Origin: the human T2T-CHM13v2.0 reference genome, Homo sapiens
NCBI RefSeq assembly: GCF_009914755.1
Contig: NC_060941.1
Length of the DNA: 64,000 nucleotides
Direction: 5' to 3' (one strand)
Shown here: positions 11,267 through 25,800 of the stretch, piece by piece
Layout of the letters: every line of letters starts with the position of its first letter
How positions within the stretch are numbered: position 1 is the first letter of the stretch
Notes under the pieces: generated by a model
Database searches by the model: none
The model's input: only the letters and a program-made list of their open reading frames with translations
Told to the model about the DNA's origin: nothing
Program-made: the position numbers and the translations under genes

Positions 11267-14200
11267 CATTCTCAGAAACTTCTTGGTGATGTTTGCATTC
11301 AAATCCCAGAGTTGAACCTTCCTTTGATAGTTCAGGTTTGAAACACTCTTTTTGTAGGATCTGCAAGTGGATATTTGGACCACTCTGTGGCCTTCGTTCG
11401 AAACGGGTATATCTTCGCATAAAATCCAGACAGAAGCCTTCTCAGAAACTTCTCTGTGATGATTGCATTCAACTCACAGAGTTGAACCCTCCTATGGATA
11501 GAGCAGTGTTGAAACTCTCTTTTTGTGGAATCTGCAAGTGGATATGTGGACCTCTCCGAAGATGTCTTTGGAAACGGGAATATCTTCACATAAAAACTAA
11601 ACAGAAGCATTCTCAGAAACTTCTCTGTGATGTTTGTGTTCAACTCCCAGAGTTTCACATTGCTTTTCATAGAGTAGTTCTGAAACATGCTTTTCGTAGT
11701 GTCTACAAGTGGACATTTGGAGCGCTTTCAGGCCTGTGGTGGAAAACGAATTATGGTCACATAAAAACTGGAGAGAAGCATTGTCAGAAACTTCTTTGTG
11801 ATGATTGCATTCAACTCACAGGGTTGAAGGTTCCTTTTCAAAGAGCAGTTTCCAATCACTCTTTCTGTGGAATCTGCAAGTGGATATTTGGACCTCTTTG
11901 AAGATTTCGTTGGAAACGGGAGAATCTTCACAGAAAAGCTAAACAGAAGCATTCTCAGAAACTTCTCTGTGATGTTTGTGTTCAACTCCCAGAGTTTCAC
12001 ATTGCTTCTCATAGAGTAGTTCTGAAACATGCTTTTCGTAGTGTCTGCAAGTGGACATTTGGAGCGCTTTCAGGCCTGTGGTGGAAAACGAATTATGGTC
12101 ACATAAAAACTGGAGAGAAGCATTGTCAGAAACTTCTTTGTGATGATTGCATTCAACTCACAGAGTTGAAGGTTCCTTTTCAAAGAGCAGTTTCCAATCA
12201 CTCTTTCTGTGGAATCTGCAAGTGGATATTTGGACCTCTTTGAAGATTTCGTTGGAAACGGGAGAATCTTCACAGAAAAGCTAAACAGAAGCATTCTCAG
12301 AAACTTCTTTGTGATGCTTGCATTCAACTCACAGAGTTGAACTTTCCTTTCGAGAGAGAAGCTTTGAAACACTCTTTTTCCAGAATCTGCAAGTGGACAT
12401 TTGGAGGGCTTTGAGGCCTGTGGTGGAAAAGGAATTATCTTCCCGTAAAAGCTAGACAGAAGCATTCTCAGAAACTACTTTGTGATGATTGCATTCAAGT
12501 CACAGAGTTGAACATTCCCTTTGACAGAGCAGTTTGGAAACTCTCTTTGTGTAGAATCTGCAAGTGGAGATATGGACCGCTTTGAGGCCTATGGTAGTAA
12601 AGGAAATAGCTTCATATAAAAGCTAGACAGTAGCATTCAGAAAAAACTCTTGGTGACGACTGAGTTTAACTCACAGAGCTGAACATTCCTTTGGATGGAG
12701 CAGTTTCGAAACACACTATTTGTAGAATGTGCAAGTGGATATTTGGGCCTCTCTGAGGATTTCGTTGGAAACGGGATAAACCGCACAGAACTAAACAGAA
12801 GCATTCTCAGAACCTTCTTCGTGATGTTTGCATTCAACTCAACAGTGTTGAACCTTTCTTTGATAGTTCAGGTTTGAAACGGTCTTTCTGTAGAAACTGC
12901 AAGTAGATATTTGGACCGCTCTGAGGATTTCGTTGGAAACGGGATAACCCGCACAGAACTAAAACAGAAGCATTCTCAGAACCCTCTTCGTGATGTTTGC
13001 ATTCAACTCACAGTGCTGAACCTTTCTTTGATAGTTCAGCTTTGAAACACTCTTTTTGTAGAAACTGCAAGTGGATATTTGGTCCTCTCTGAGGATTTCG
13101 TTGGAAACGGGATAAACCGCACAGAACTAAACAGAAGCATTCTCAGAACCTTCTTCGTGATGTCTGCATTCAACTCACAGTGTGGAACCTTTCTTTGATA
13201 GTTCAGGTTTGAAACACTCTTTTTGTAGAAACTGCAAGGGGATAATTGCACTCTTTGAGGAGTACCGTAGTAAAGGAAATAACTTCCTATAAAAAGAAGA
13301 CAGAAGCTTTCTCAGAAAATTCTTTGGGATGATTGAGTTGAACTCACAGAGCTGAGCATTCCTTGCGATGTAGCAGTTTAGAAACACACTTTCTGCAGAA
13401 TCTGCAAGTGCATATTTGGACCTCTGTGAGGAATTCGTTGGAAACTGGATAATTTCAGCTGACTAAACAGAAGCAGTCTCAGAATCTTCTTTGTGATGTT
13501 TGCATTCAAATCCCCGAGTTGAACTTTCCTTTCAAAGTTCACGTTTGAAACACTCTTTTTGCAGGATCTACAAGTGGATATTTGGACCACTCTGTGTCCT
13601 TCGTTCGAAACGGGTATATCTTCACATGACATCCAGACAGAAGCATCCTCAGAAGCTTCTCTGTGATGACTGCATTCAACTCATGGAGTTGAACACTCCT
13701 TTTGAGAGCGCAGTTTTGAAACTCTCTTTCTGTGGCATCTGCAAGGGGACATGTAGACCTCTTTGAAGATTTCGTTGGAAACGGAATCATCTTCACATAA
13801 AAACTATACAGATGCATTCTCAGGAACTTTTTGGTGATGTTTGTATTCAACTCCCAGAGTTGAACTTTCCTTTGGAAAGAGCAGCTATGAAACACTCTTT
13901 TTCTAGAATCTGCAAGTGGACGTTTGGAGGGCTTTGTGGTTTGTGGTGGAAAAGGAAATATCTTCACCTAAATACTAGATAGAAGCATTCTCAGAAACTG
14001 CTTTGTGATGATTGCATTCACCTCACAGAGTTGAACATTCCTATTGATAGAGCAGTTTGGAAACACTCTTGTTGTGGAATGTGCAAGTGGAGATTTGGAG
14101 CGCTTTGAGGCCTATGGTAGTAAAGGGAATAGCTTCATAGAAAAACTAGACAGAAGCATTCTCAGAAAATACTTTGTGATGATTGAGTTTAACTCACAGA

Positions 14201-14322
14201 GCTGAACATTCCTTTGGATGGAGCAGGTTTGAGACACACATTTGTAGAATCTACAAGTGGATATTTGGACCTCTCTGAGGATTTCGTTGGAAACGCGATA
14301 ACTGCACCTAACTAAACGGAAG
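11267..14322 (+). repeat. HOR unit U5: 18-mer variant (3056 bp)
   Basis: 342-bp duplication at 11597-11938 and 11939-12280. Confidence 0.95.
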
Positions 14323-17034
14323 CATTCTCAGAAACTTCTTGGTGATGTTTGCATTCAAATCCCAGAGTTGAACCTTCCTTTGATAGTTCAGGTTTGAAAC
14401 ACTCTTTTTGTAGGATCTGCAAGTGGATATTTGGACCACTCTGTGGCCTTCGTTCGAAACGGGTATATCTTCGCATAAAATCCAGACAGAAGCCTTCTCA
14501 GAAACTTCTCTGTGATGATTGCATTCAACTCACAGAGTTGAACCCTCCTATGGATAGAGCAGTGTTGAAACTCTCTTTTTGTGGAATCTGCAAGTGGATA
14601 TGTGGACCTCTCCGAAGATGTCTTTGGAAACGGGAATATCTTCACATAAAAACTAAACAGAAGCATTCTCAGAAACTTCTCTGTGATGTTTGTGTTCAAC
14701 TCCCAGAGTTTCACATTGCTTTTCATAGAGTAGTTCTGAAACATGCTTTTCGTAGTGTCTACAAGTGGACATTTGGAGCGCTTTCAGGCCTGTGGTGGAA
14801 AACGAATTATGGTCACATAAAAACTGGAGAGAAGCATTGTCAGAAACTTCTTTGTGATGATTGCATTCAACTCACAGGGTTGAAGGTTCCTTTTCAAAGA
14901 GCAGTTTCCAATCACTCTTTCTGTGGAATCTGCAAGTGGATATTTGGACCTCTTTGAAGATTTCGTTGGAAACGGGAGAATCTTCACAGAAAAGCTAAAC
15001 AGAAGCATTCTCAGAAACTTCTTTGTGATGCTTGCATTCAACTCACAGAGTTGAACTTTCCTTTCGAGAGAGAAGCTTTGAAAAACTCTTTTCCAGAATC
15101 TGCAAGTGGACATTTGGAGGGCTTTGAGGCCTGTGGTGGAAAAGGAATTATCTTCCCGTAAAAGCTAGACAGAAGCATTCTCAGAAACTACTTTGTGATG
15201 ATTGCATTCAAGTCACAGACTTGAACATTCCCTTTGACAGAGCAGTTTGGAAACTCTCTTTGTGTAGAATCTGCAAGTGGAGATATGGACCGCTTTGAGG
15301 CCTATGGTAGTAAAGGAAATAGCTTCATATAAAAGCTAGACAGTAGCATTCACAGAAAACTCTTGGTGACGACTGAGTTTAACTCACAGAGCTGAACATT
15401 CCTTTGGATGGAGCAGTTTCGAAACACACTATTTGTAGAATGTGCAAGTGGATATTTGGGCCTCTCTGAGGATTTCGTTGGAAACGGGATAAACCGCACA
15501 GAACTAAACAGAAGCATTCTCAGAACCTTCTTCGTGATGTTTGCATTCAACTCACAGTGTTGAACCTTTCTTTGATAGTTCAGGTTTCAAACGGTCTTTC
15601 TGTAGAAACTGCAAGTAGATATTTGGACCTCTCTGAGGATTTCGTTGGAAACGGGATAACCCGCACAGAACTAAAACAGAAGCATTCTCAGAACCCTCTT
15701 CGTGATGTTTGCATTCAACTCACAGTGCTGAACTTTTCTTTGATAGTTCAGCTTTGAAACACTCTTCTTGTAGAAACTGCAAGTGGATATTTGGTCTTCT
15801 CTGAGGATTTCGTTGGAAACGGGATAAACTGCACAGAACTAAACAGAAGCATTCTCAGAACCTTCTTCGTGATGTCTGCATTCAACTCACAGTGTGGAAC
15901 CTTTCTTTGATAGTTCAGGTTTGAAACACTCTTTTTGTAGAAACTGCAAGGGGATAATTGCACTCTTTGAGGAGTACCGTAGTAAAGGAAATAACTTCCT
16001 ATAAAAAGAAGACAGAAGCTTTCTCAGAAAATTCTTTGGGATGATTGAGTTGAACTCACAGAGCTGAGCATTCCTTGCGATGTAGCAGTTTAGAAACACA
16101 CTTTCTGCAGAATCTGCAAGTGCATATTTGGACCTCTGTGAGGAATTCGTTGGAAACGGGATAATTTCAGCTGACTAAACAGAAGCAGTCTCAGAATCTT
16201 CTTTGTGATGTTTGCATTCAAATCCCCGAGTTGAACTTTCCTTTCAAAGTTCACGTTTGAAACACTCTTTTTGCAGGATCTACAAGTGGATATTTGGACC
16301 ACTCTGTGTCCTTCGTTCGAAACGGGTATATCTTCACATGACATCTAGACAGAAGCATTCTCAGAAGCTTCTCTGTGATGACTGCATTCAACTCACGGAG
16401 TTGAACACTCCTTTTGAGAGCGCAGTTTTGAAACTCTCTTTCTGTGGCATCTGCAAGGGGACATGTAGACCTCTTTGAAGATTTCGTTGGAAACGGAATC
16501 ATCTTCACATAAAAACTATACAGATGCATTCTCAGGAACTTTTTGGTGATGTTTGTATTCAACTCCCAGAGTTGAACTTTCCTTTGGAAAGAGCAGCTAT
16601 GAAACACTGTTTTTCTAGAATCTGCAAGTGGACGTTTGGAGGGCTTTGTGGTTTGTGGTGGAAAAGGAAATATCTTCACCTAAATACTAGATAGAAGCAT
16701 TCTCAGAAACTGCTTTGTGATGATTGCATTCACCTCACAGAGTTGAACATTCCTATTGATAGAGCAGTTTGGAAACCCTCTTCTTGTGGAATGTGCAAGT
16801 GGAGATTTGGAGCGCTTTGAGGCCTATGGTAGTAAAGGGAATAGCTTCATAGAAAAACTAGACAGAAGCATTCTCAGAAAATACTTTGTGATGATTGAGT
16901 TTAACTCACAGAGCTGAACATTCCTTTGGATGGAGCAGGTTTGAGACACACATTTGTAGAATCTACAAGTGGATATTTGGACCTCTCTGAGGATTTCGTT
17001 GGAAACGCGATAACTGCACCTAACTAAACGGAAG
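14323..17034 (+). repeat. HOR unit U6: 16-mer, 2712-bp subtype (copy of U4)
   Basis: Shares the private variants of U4 at an offset of +5768. Confidence 0.93.
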
Positions 17035-20000
17035 CATTCTCAGAAACTTCTTGGTGATGTTTGCATTCAAATCCCAGAGTTGAACCTTCCTTTGATAGTT
17101 CAGGTTTGAAACACTCTTTTTGTAGGATCTGCAAGTGGATATTTGGACCACTCTGTGGCCTTCGTTCGAAACGGGTATATCTTCGCATAAAATCCAGACA
17201 GAAGCCTTCTCAGAAACTTCTCTGTGATGATTGCATTCAACTCACAGAGTTGAACCCTCCTATGGATAGAGCAGTGTTGAAACTCTCTTTTTGTGGAATC
17301 TGCAAGTGGATATGTGGACCTCTCCGAAGATGTCTTTGGAAACGGGAATATCTTCACATAAAAACTAAACAGAAGCATTCTCAGAAACTTCTCTGTGATG
17401 TTTGTGTTCAACTCCCAGAGTTTCACATTGCTTTTCATAGAGTAGTTCTGAAACATGCTTTTCGTAGTGTCTACAAGTGGACATTTGGAGCGCTTTCAGG
17501 CCTGTGGTGGAAAACGAATTATGGTCACATAAAAACTGGAGAGAAGCATTGTCAGAAACTTCTTTGTGATGATTGCATTCAACTCACAGGGTTGAAGGTT
17601 CCTTTTCAAAGAGCAGTTTCCAATCACTCTTTCTGTGGAATCTGCAAGTGGATATTTGGACCTCTTTGAAGATTTCGTTGGAAACGGGAGAATCTTCACA
17701 GAAAAGCTAAACAGAAGCATTCTCAGAAACTTCTCTGTGATGTTTGTGTTCAACTCCCAGAGTTTCACATTGCTTCTCATAGAGTAGTTCTGAAACATGC
17801 TTTTCGTAGTGTCTGCAAGTGGACATTTGGAGCGCTTTCAGGCCTGTGGTGGAAAACGAATTATGGTCACATAAAAACTGGAGAGAAGCATTGTCAGAAA
17901 CTTCTTTGTGATGATTGCATTCAACTCACAGAGTTGAAGGTTCCTTTTCAAAGAGCAGTTTCCAATCACTCTTTCTGTGGAATCTGCAAGTGGATATTTG
18001 GACCTCTTTGAAGATTTCGTTGGAAACGGGAGAATCTTCACAGAAAAGCTAAACAGAAGCATTCTCAGAAACTTCTTTGTGATGCTTGCATTCAACTCAC
18101 AGAGTTGAACTTTCCTTTCGAGAGAGAAGCTTTGAAACACTCTTTTTCCAGAATCTGCAAGTGGACATTTGGAGGGCTTTGAGGCCTGTGGTGGAAAAGG
18201 AATTATCTTCCCGTAAAAGCTAGACAGAAGCATTCTCAGAAACTACTTTGTGATGATTGCATTCAAGTCACAGAGTTGAACATTCCCTTTGACAGAGCAG
18301 TTTGGAAACTCTCTTTGTGTAGAATCTGCAAGTGGAGATATGGACCGCTTTGAGGCCTATGGTAGTAAAGGAAATAGCTTCATATAAAAGCTAGACAGTA
18401 GCATTCAGAAAAAACTCTTGGTGACGACTGAGTTTAACTCACAGAGCTGAACATTCCTTTGGATGGAGCAGTTTCGAAACACACTATTTGTAGAATGTGC
18501 AAGTGGATATTTGGGCCTCTCTGAGGATTTCGTTGGAAACGGGATAAACCGCACAGAACTAAACAGAAGCATTCTCAGAACCTTCTTCGTGATGTTTGCA
18601 TTCAACTCAACAGTGTTGAACCTTTCTTTGATAGTTCAGGTTTGAAACGGTCTTTCTGTAGAAACTGCAAGTAGATATTTGGACCGCTCTGAGGATTTCG
18701 TTGGAAACGGGATAACCCGCACAGAACTAAAACAGAAGCATTCTCAGAACCCTCTTCGTGATGTTTGCATTCAACTCACAGTGCTGAACCTTTCTTTGAT
18801 AGTTCAGCTTTGAAACACTCTTTTTGTAGAAACTGCAAGTGGATATTTGGTCCTCTCTGAGGATTTCGTTGGAAACGGGATAAACCGCACAGAACTAAAC
18901 AGAAGCATTCTCAGAACCTTCTTCGTGATGTCTGCATTCAACTCACAGTGTGGAACCTTTCTTTGATAGTTCAGGTTTGAAACACTCTTTTTGTAGAAAC
19001 TGCAAGGGGATAATTGCACTCTTTGAGGAGTACCGTAGTAAAGGAAATAACTTCCTATAAAAAGAAGACAGAAGCTTTCTCAGAAAATTCTTTGGGATGA
19101 TTGAGTTGAACTCACAGAGCTGAGCATTCCTTGCGATGTAGCAGTTTAGAAACACACTTTCTGCAGAATCTGCAAGTGCATATTTGGACCTCTGTGAGGA
19201 ATTCGTTGGAAACTGGATAATTTCAGCTGACTAAACAGAAGCAGTCTCAGAATCTTCTTTGTGATGTTTGCATTCAAATCCCCGAGTTGAACTTTCCTTT
19301 CAAAGTTCACGTTTGAAACACTCTTTTTGCAGGATCTACAAGTGGATATTTGGACCACTCTGTGTCCTTCGTTCGAAACGGGTATATCTTCACATGACAT
19401 CCAGACAGAAGCATCCTCAGAAGCTTCTCTGTGATGACTGCATTCAACTCATGGAGTTGAACACTCCTTTTGAGAGCGCAGTTTTGAAACTCTCTTTCTG
19501 TGGCATCTGCAAGGGGACATGTAGACCTCTTTGAAGATTTCGTTGGAAACGGAATCATCTTCACATAAAAACTATACAGATGCATTCTCAGGAACTTTTT
19601 GGTGATGTTTGTATTCAACTCCCAGAGTTGAACTTTCCTTTGGAAAGAGCAGCTATGAAACACTCTTTTTCTAGAATCTGCAAGTGGACGTTTGGAGGGC
19701 TTTGTGGTTTGTGGTGGAAAAGGAAATATCTTCACCTAAATACTAGATAGAAGCATTCTCAGAAACTGCTTTGTGATGATTGCATTCACCTCACAGAGTT
19801 GAACATTCCTATTGATAGAGCAGTTTGGAAACACTCTTGTTGTGGAATGTGCAAGTGGAGATTTGGAGCGCTTTGAGGCCTATGGTAGTAAAGGGAATAG
19901 CTTCATAGAAAAACTAGACAGAAGCATTCTCAGAAAATACTTTGTGATGATTGAGTTTAACTCACAGAGCTGAACATTCCTTTGGATGGAGCAGGTTTGA

Positions 20001-20091
20001 GACACACTTTTTGTAGAATCTACAAGTGGATATTTGGACCTCTCTGAGGATTTCGTTGGAAACGCGATAACTGCACCTAACTAAACGGAAG
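17035..20091 (+). repeat. HOR unit U7: 18-mer variant (3057 bp)
   Basis: 342-bp duplication at 17365-17706 and 17707-18048. Confidence 0.95.
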
Positions 20092-22806
20092 CATTCTCAG
20101 AAACTTCTTGGTGATGTTTGCATTCAAATCCCAGAGTTGAACCTTCCTTTGATAGTTCAGGTTTGAAACACTCTTTTTGTAGGATCTGCAAGTGGATATT
20201 TGGACCACTCTGTGGCCTTCGTTCGAAACGGGTATATCTTCGCATAAAATCTAGACAGAAGCCTTCTCAGAAACTTCTCTGTGATGATTGCATTCAACTC
20301 ACAGAGTTGAACCCTCCTATGGATAGAGCAGTGTTGAAACTCTCTTTTTGTGGAATCTGCAAGTGGATATGTGGACCTCTCCGAAGATGTCTTTGGAAAC
20401 GGGAATATCTTCACATAAAAACTAAACAGAAGCATTCTCAGAAACTTCTCTGTGATGTTTGTGTTCAACTCCCAGAGTTTCACATTGCTTTTCATAGAGT
20501 AGTTCTGAAACATGCTTTTCGTAGTGTCTACAAGTGGACATTTGGAGCGCTTTCAGGCCTGTGGTGGAAAACGAATTATGGTCACATAAAAACTGGAGAG
20601 AAGCATTGTCAGAAACTTCTTTGTGATGATTGCATTCAACTCACAGAGTTGAAGGTTCCTTTTCAAAGAGCAGTTTCCAATCACTCTTTCTGTGGAATCT
20701 GCAAGTGGATATTTGGACCTATTTTGAAGATTTCGTTGGAAACGGGAGAATCTTCACAGGAAAGCTAAACAGAAGCATTCTCAGAAACTTCTTTGTGATG
20801 CTTGCATTCAACTCACAGAGTTGAACTTTCCTTTCGAGAGAGAAGCTTTGAAACACTCTTTTTCCAGAATCTGCAAGTGGACATTTGGAGGGCTTTGAGG
20901 CCTGTGGTGGAAAAGGAATTATCTTCCCGTAAAAGCTAGATAGAAGCATTCTCAGAAACTACTTTGTGATGATTGCATTCAAGTCACAGAGTTGAACATT
21001 CCCTTTGACAGAGCAGTTTGGAAACTCTCTTTGTGTAGAATCTGCAAGTGGAGATATGGACCGCTTTGAGGCCTATGGTAGTAAAGGAAATAGCTTCATA
21101 TAAAAGCTAGACAGTAGCATTCACAGAAAACTCTTCGTGACGACTGAGTTTAACTCACAGAGCTGAACATTCCTTTGGATGGAGCAGTTTCGAAACACAC
21201 TATTTGTAGAATGTGCAAGTGGATATTTGGGCCTCTCTGAGGATTTCGTTGGAAACGGGATAAACCGCACAGAACTAAACAGAAGCATTCTCAGAACCTT
21301 CTTCGTGATGTTTGCATTCAACTCACAGTGTTGAACCTTTCTTTGATAGTTCAGGTTTGAAACGGTCTTTCTGTAGAAACTGCAAGTAGATATTTGGACC
21401 TCTCTGAGGATTTCGTTGGAAACGGGATAACCCGCACAGAACTAAAACAGAAGCATTCTCAGAACCCTCTTCGTGATGTTTGCATTCAACTCACAGTGCT
21501 GAAACTTTCTTTGATAGTTCAGCTTTGAAACACTCTTTTTGTAGAAACTGCAAGTGGATATTTGGTCCTCTCTGAGGATTTCGTTGGAAACGGGATAAAC
21601 TGCACAGAACTAAACAGAAGCATTCTCAGAACCTTCTTCGTGATGTCTGCATTCAACTCACAGTGTGGAACCTTTCTTTGATAGTTCAGGTTTGAAACAC
21701 TCTTTTTGTAGAAACTGCAAGGGGATAATTGCACTCTTTGAGGAGTACCGTAGTAAAGGAAATAACTTCCTCTAAAAAGAAGACAGAAGCTTTCTCAGAA
21801 AATTCTTTGGGATGATTGAGTTGAACTCACCGAGCTGAGCATTCCTTGCGATGTAGCAGTTTAGAAACACACTTTCTGCAGAATCTGCAAGTGCATATTT
21901 GGACCTCTGTGAGGAATTCGTTGGAAACGGGATAATTTCAGCTGACTAAACAGAAGCAGTCTCAGAATCTTCTTTGTGATGTTTGCATTCAAATCCCCGA
22001 GTTGAACTTTCCTTTCAAAGTTCACGTTTGAAACACTCTTTTTGCAGGATCTACAAGTGGATATTTGGACCACTCTGTGTCCTTCGTTCGAAACGGGTAT
22101 ATCTTCACATGACATCTAGACAGAAGCATCCTCAGAAGCTTCTCTGTGATGACTGCATTCAACTCACGGAGTTGAACACTCCTTTTGAGAGCGCAGTTTT
22201 GAAACTCTCTTTCTGTGGCATCTGCAAGGGGACATGTAGACCTCTTTGAAGATTTCGTTGGAAACGGAATCATCTTCACATAAAAACTATACAGATGCAT
22301 TCTCAGGAACTTTTTGGTGATGTTTGTATTCAACTCCCAGAGTTGAACTTTCCTTTGGAAAGAGCAGCTATGAAACACTCTTTTTCTAGAATCTGCAAGT
22401 GGACGTTTGGAGGGCTTTGTGGTTTGTGGTGGAAAAGGAAATATCTTCACCTAAATACTAGATAGAAGCATTCTCAGAAACTGCTTTGTGATGATTGCAT
22501 TCACCTCACAGAGTTGAACATTCCTATTGATAGAGCAGTTTGGAAACACTCTTGTTGTGGAATGTGCAAGTGGAGATTTGGAGCGCTTTGAGGCCTATGG
22601 TAGTAAAGGGAATAGCTTCATAGAAAAACTAGACAGAAGCATTCTCAGAAAATACTTTGTGATGATTGAGTTTAACTCACAGAGCTGAACATTCCTTTGG
22701 ATGGAGCAGGTTTGAGACACACTTTTTGTAGAATCTACAAGTGGATATTTGGACCTCTCTGAGGATTTCGTTGGAAACGGGATAACTGCACCTAACTAAA
22801 CGGAAG
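20092..22806 (+). repeat. HOR unit U8: 16-mer (2715 bp)
   Basis: Unit spacing of 2715 bp; single dimer copy. Confidence 0.95.
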
Positions 22807-25800
22807 CATTCTCAGAAACTTCTTGGTGATGTTTGCATTCAAATCCCAGAGTTGAACCTTCCTTTGATAGTTCAGGTTTGAAACACTCTTTTTGTAGGAT
22901 CTGCAAGTGGATATTTGGACCACTCTGTGGCCTTCGTTCGAAACTGGTACATCTTCGCATAAAATCCAGACAGAAGCCTTCTCAGAAACTTCTCTGTGAT
23001 GATTGCATTCAACTCACAGAGTTGAACCCTCCTATGGATAGAGCAGTGTTGAAACTCTCTTTTTGTGGAATCTGCAAGTGGATATGTGGACCTCTCCGAA
23101 GATGTCTTTGGAAACGGGAATATCTTCACATAAAAACTAAACAGAAGCATTCTCAGAAACTTCTCTGTGATGTTTGTGTTCAACTCCCAGAGTTTCACAT
23201 TGCTTTTCATAGAGTAGTTCTGAAACATGCTTTTCGTAGTGTCTACAAGTGGACATTTGGAGCGCTTTCAGGCCTGTGGTGGAAAACGAATTATGGTCAC
23301 ATAAAAACTGGAGAGAAGCATTGTCAGAAACTTCTTTGTGATGATTGCATTCAACTCACAGGGTTGAAGGTTCCTTTTCAAAGAGCAGTTTCCAATCACT
23401 CTTTCTGTGGAATCTGCAAGTGGATATTTGGACCTCTTTGAAGATTTCGTTGGAAACGGGAGAATCTTCACAGAAAAGCTAAACAGAAGCATTCTCAGAA
23501 ACTTCTCTGTGATGTTTGTGTTCAACTCCCAGAGTTTCACATTGCTTCTCATAGAGTAGTTCTGAAACATGCTTTTCGTAGTGTCTGCAAGTGGACATTT
23601 GGAGCGCTTTCAGGCCTGTGGTGGAAAACGAATTATGGTCACATAAAAACTGGAGAGAAGCATTGTCAGAAACTTCTTTGTGATGATTGCATTCAACTCA
23701 CAGAGTTGAAGGTTCCTTTTCAAAGAGCAGTTTCCAATCACTCTTTCTGTGGAATCTGCAAGTGGATATTTGGACCTCTTTGAAGATTTCGTTGGAAACG
23801 GGAGAATCTTCACAGAAAAGCTAAACAGAAGCATTCTCAGAAACTTCTTTGTGATGCTTGCATTCAACTCACAGAGTTGAACTTTCCTTTCGAGAGAGAA
23901 GCTTTGAAACACTCTTTTTCCAGAATCTGCAAGTGGACATTTGGAGGGCTTTGAGGCCTGTGGTGGAAAAGGAATTATCTTCCCGTAAAAGCTAGACAGA
24001 AGAATTCTCAGAAACTACTTTGTGATGATTGCATTCAAGTCACAGAGTTGAACATTCCCTTTGACAGAGCAGTTTGGAAACTCTCTTTGTGTAGAATCTG
24101 CAAGTGGAGATATGGACCGCTTTGAGGCCTATGGTAGTAAAGGAAATAGCTTCATATAAAAGCTAGACAGTAGCATTCAGAAAAAACTCTTGGTGACGAC
24201 TGAGTTTAACTCACAGAGCTGAACATTCCTTTGGATGGAGCAGTTTCGAAACACACTATTTGTAGAATGTGCAAGTGGATATTTGGGCCTCTCTGAGGAT
24301 TTCGTTGGAAACGGGATAAACCGCACAGAACTAAACAGAAGCATTCTCAGAACCTTCTTCGTGATGTTTGCATTCAACTCAACAGTGTTGAACCTTTCTT
24401 TGATAGTTCAGGTTTGAAACGGTCTTTCTGTAGAAACTGCAAGTAGATATTTGGACCGCTCTGAGGATTTCGTTGGAAACGGGATAACCCGCACAGAACT
24501 AAAACAGAAGCATTCTCAGAACCCTCTTCGTGATGTTTGCATTCAACTCACAGTGCTGAACCTTTCTTTGATAGTTCAGCTTTGAAACACTCTTTTTGTA
24601 GAAACTGCAAGTGGATATTTGGTCCTCTCTGAGGATTTCGTTGGAAACGGGGTAAACCGCACAGAACTAAACAGAAGCATTCTCAGAACCTTCTTCGTGA
24701 TGTCTGCATTCAACTCACAGTGTGGAACCTTTCTTTGATAGTTCAGGTTTGAAACACTCTTTTTGTAGAAACTGCAAGGGGATAATTGCACTCTTTGAGG
24801 AGTACCGTAGTAAAGGAAATAACTTCCTATAAAAAGAAGACAGAAGCTTTCTCAGAAAATTCTTTGGGATGATTGAGTTGAACTCACAGAGCTGAGCATT
24901 CCTTGCGATGTAGCAGTTTAGAAACACACTTTCTGCAGAATCTGCAAGTGCATATTTGGACCTCTCTGAGGAATTCGTTGGAAACGGGATAATTTCAGCT
25001 GACTAAACAGAAGCAGTCTCAGAATCTTCTTTGTGATGTTTGCATTCAAATCCCAGAGTTGAACTTTCCTTTCAAAGTTCACGTTTGAAACACTCTTTTT
25101 GCAGGATCTACAAGTGGATATTTGGACCACTCTGTGTCCTTCGTTCGAAACGGGTATATCTTCACATGACATCCAGACAGAAGCATCCTCAGAAGCTTCT
25201 CTGTGATGACTGCATTCAACTCATGGAGTTGAACACTCCTTTTGAGTGCGCAGTTTTGAAACTCTCTTTCTGTGGCATCTGCAAGGGGACATGTAGACCT
25301 CTTTGAAGATTTCGTTGGAAACGGAATCATCTTCACATAAAAACTATACAGATGCATTCTCAGGAACTTTTTGGTGATGTTTGTATTCAACTCCCAGAGT
25401 TGAACTTTCCTTTGGAAAGAGCAGCTATGAAACACTCTTTTTCTAGAATCTGCAAGTGGACGTTTGGAGGGCTTTGTGGTTTGTGGTGGAAAAGGAAATA
25501 TCTTCACCTAAATACTAGATAGAAGCATTCTCAGAAACTGCTTTGTGATGATTGCATTCACCTCACAGAGTTGAACATTCCTATTGATAGAGCAGTTTGG
25601 AAACACTCTTGTTGTGGAATGTGCAAGTGGAGATTTGGAGCGCTTTGAGGCCTATGGTAGTAAAGGGAATAGCTTCATAGAAAAACTAGACAGAAGCATT
25701 CTCAGAAAATACTTTGTGATGATTGAGTTTAACTCACAGAGCTGAACATTCCTTTGGATGGAGCAGGTTTGAGACACACTTTTTGTAGAATCTACAAGTG

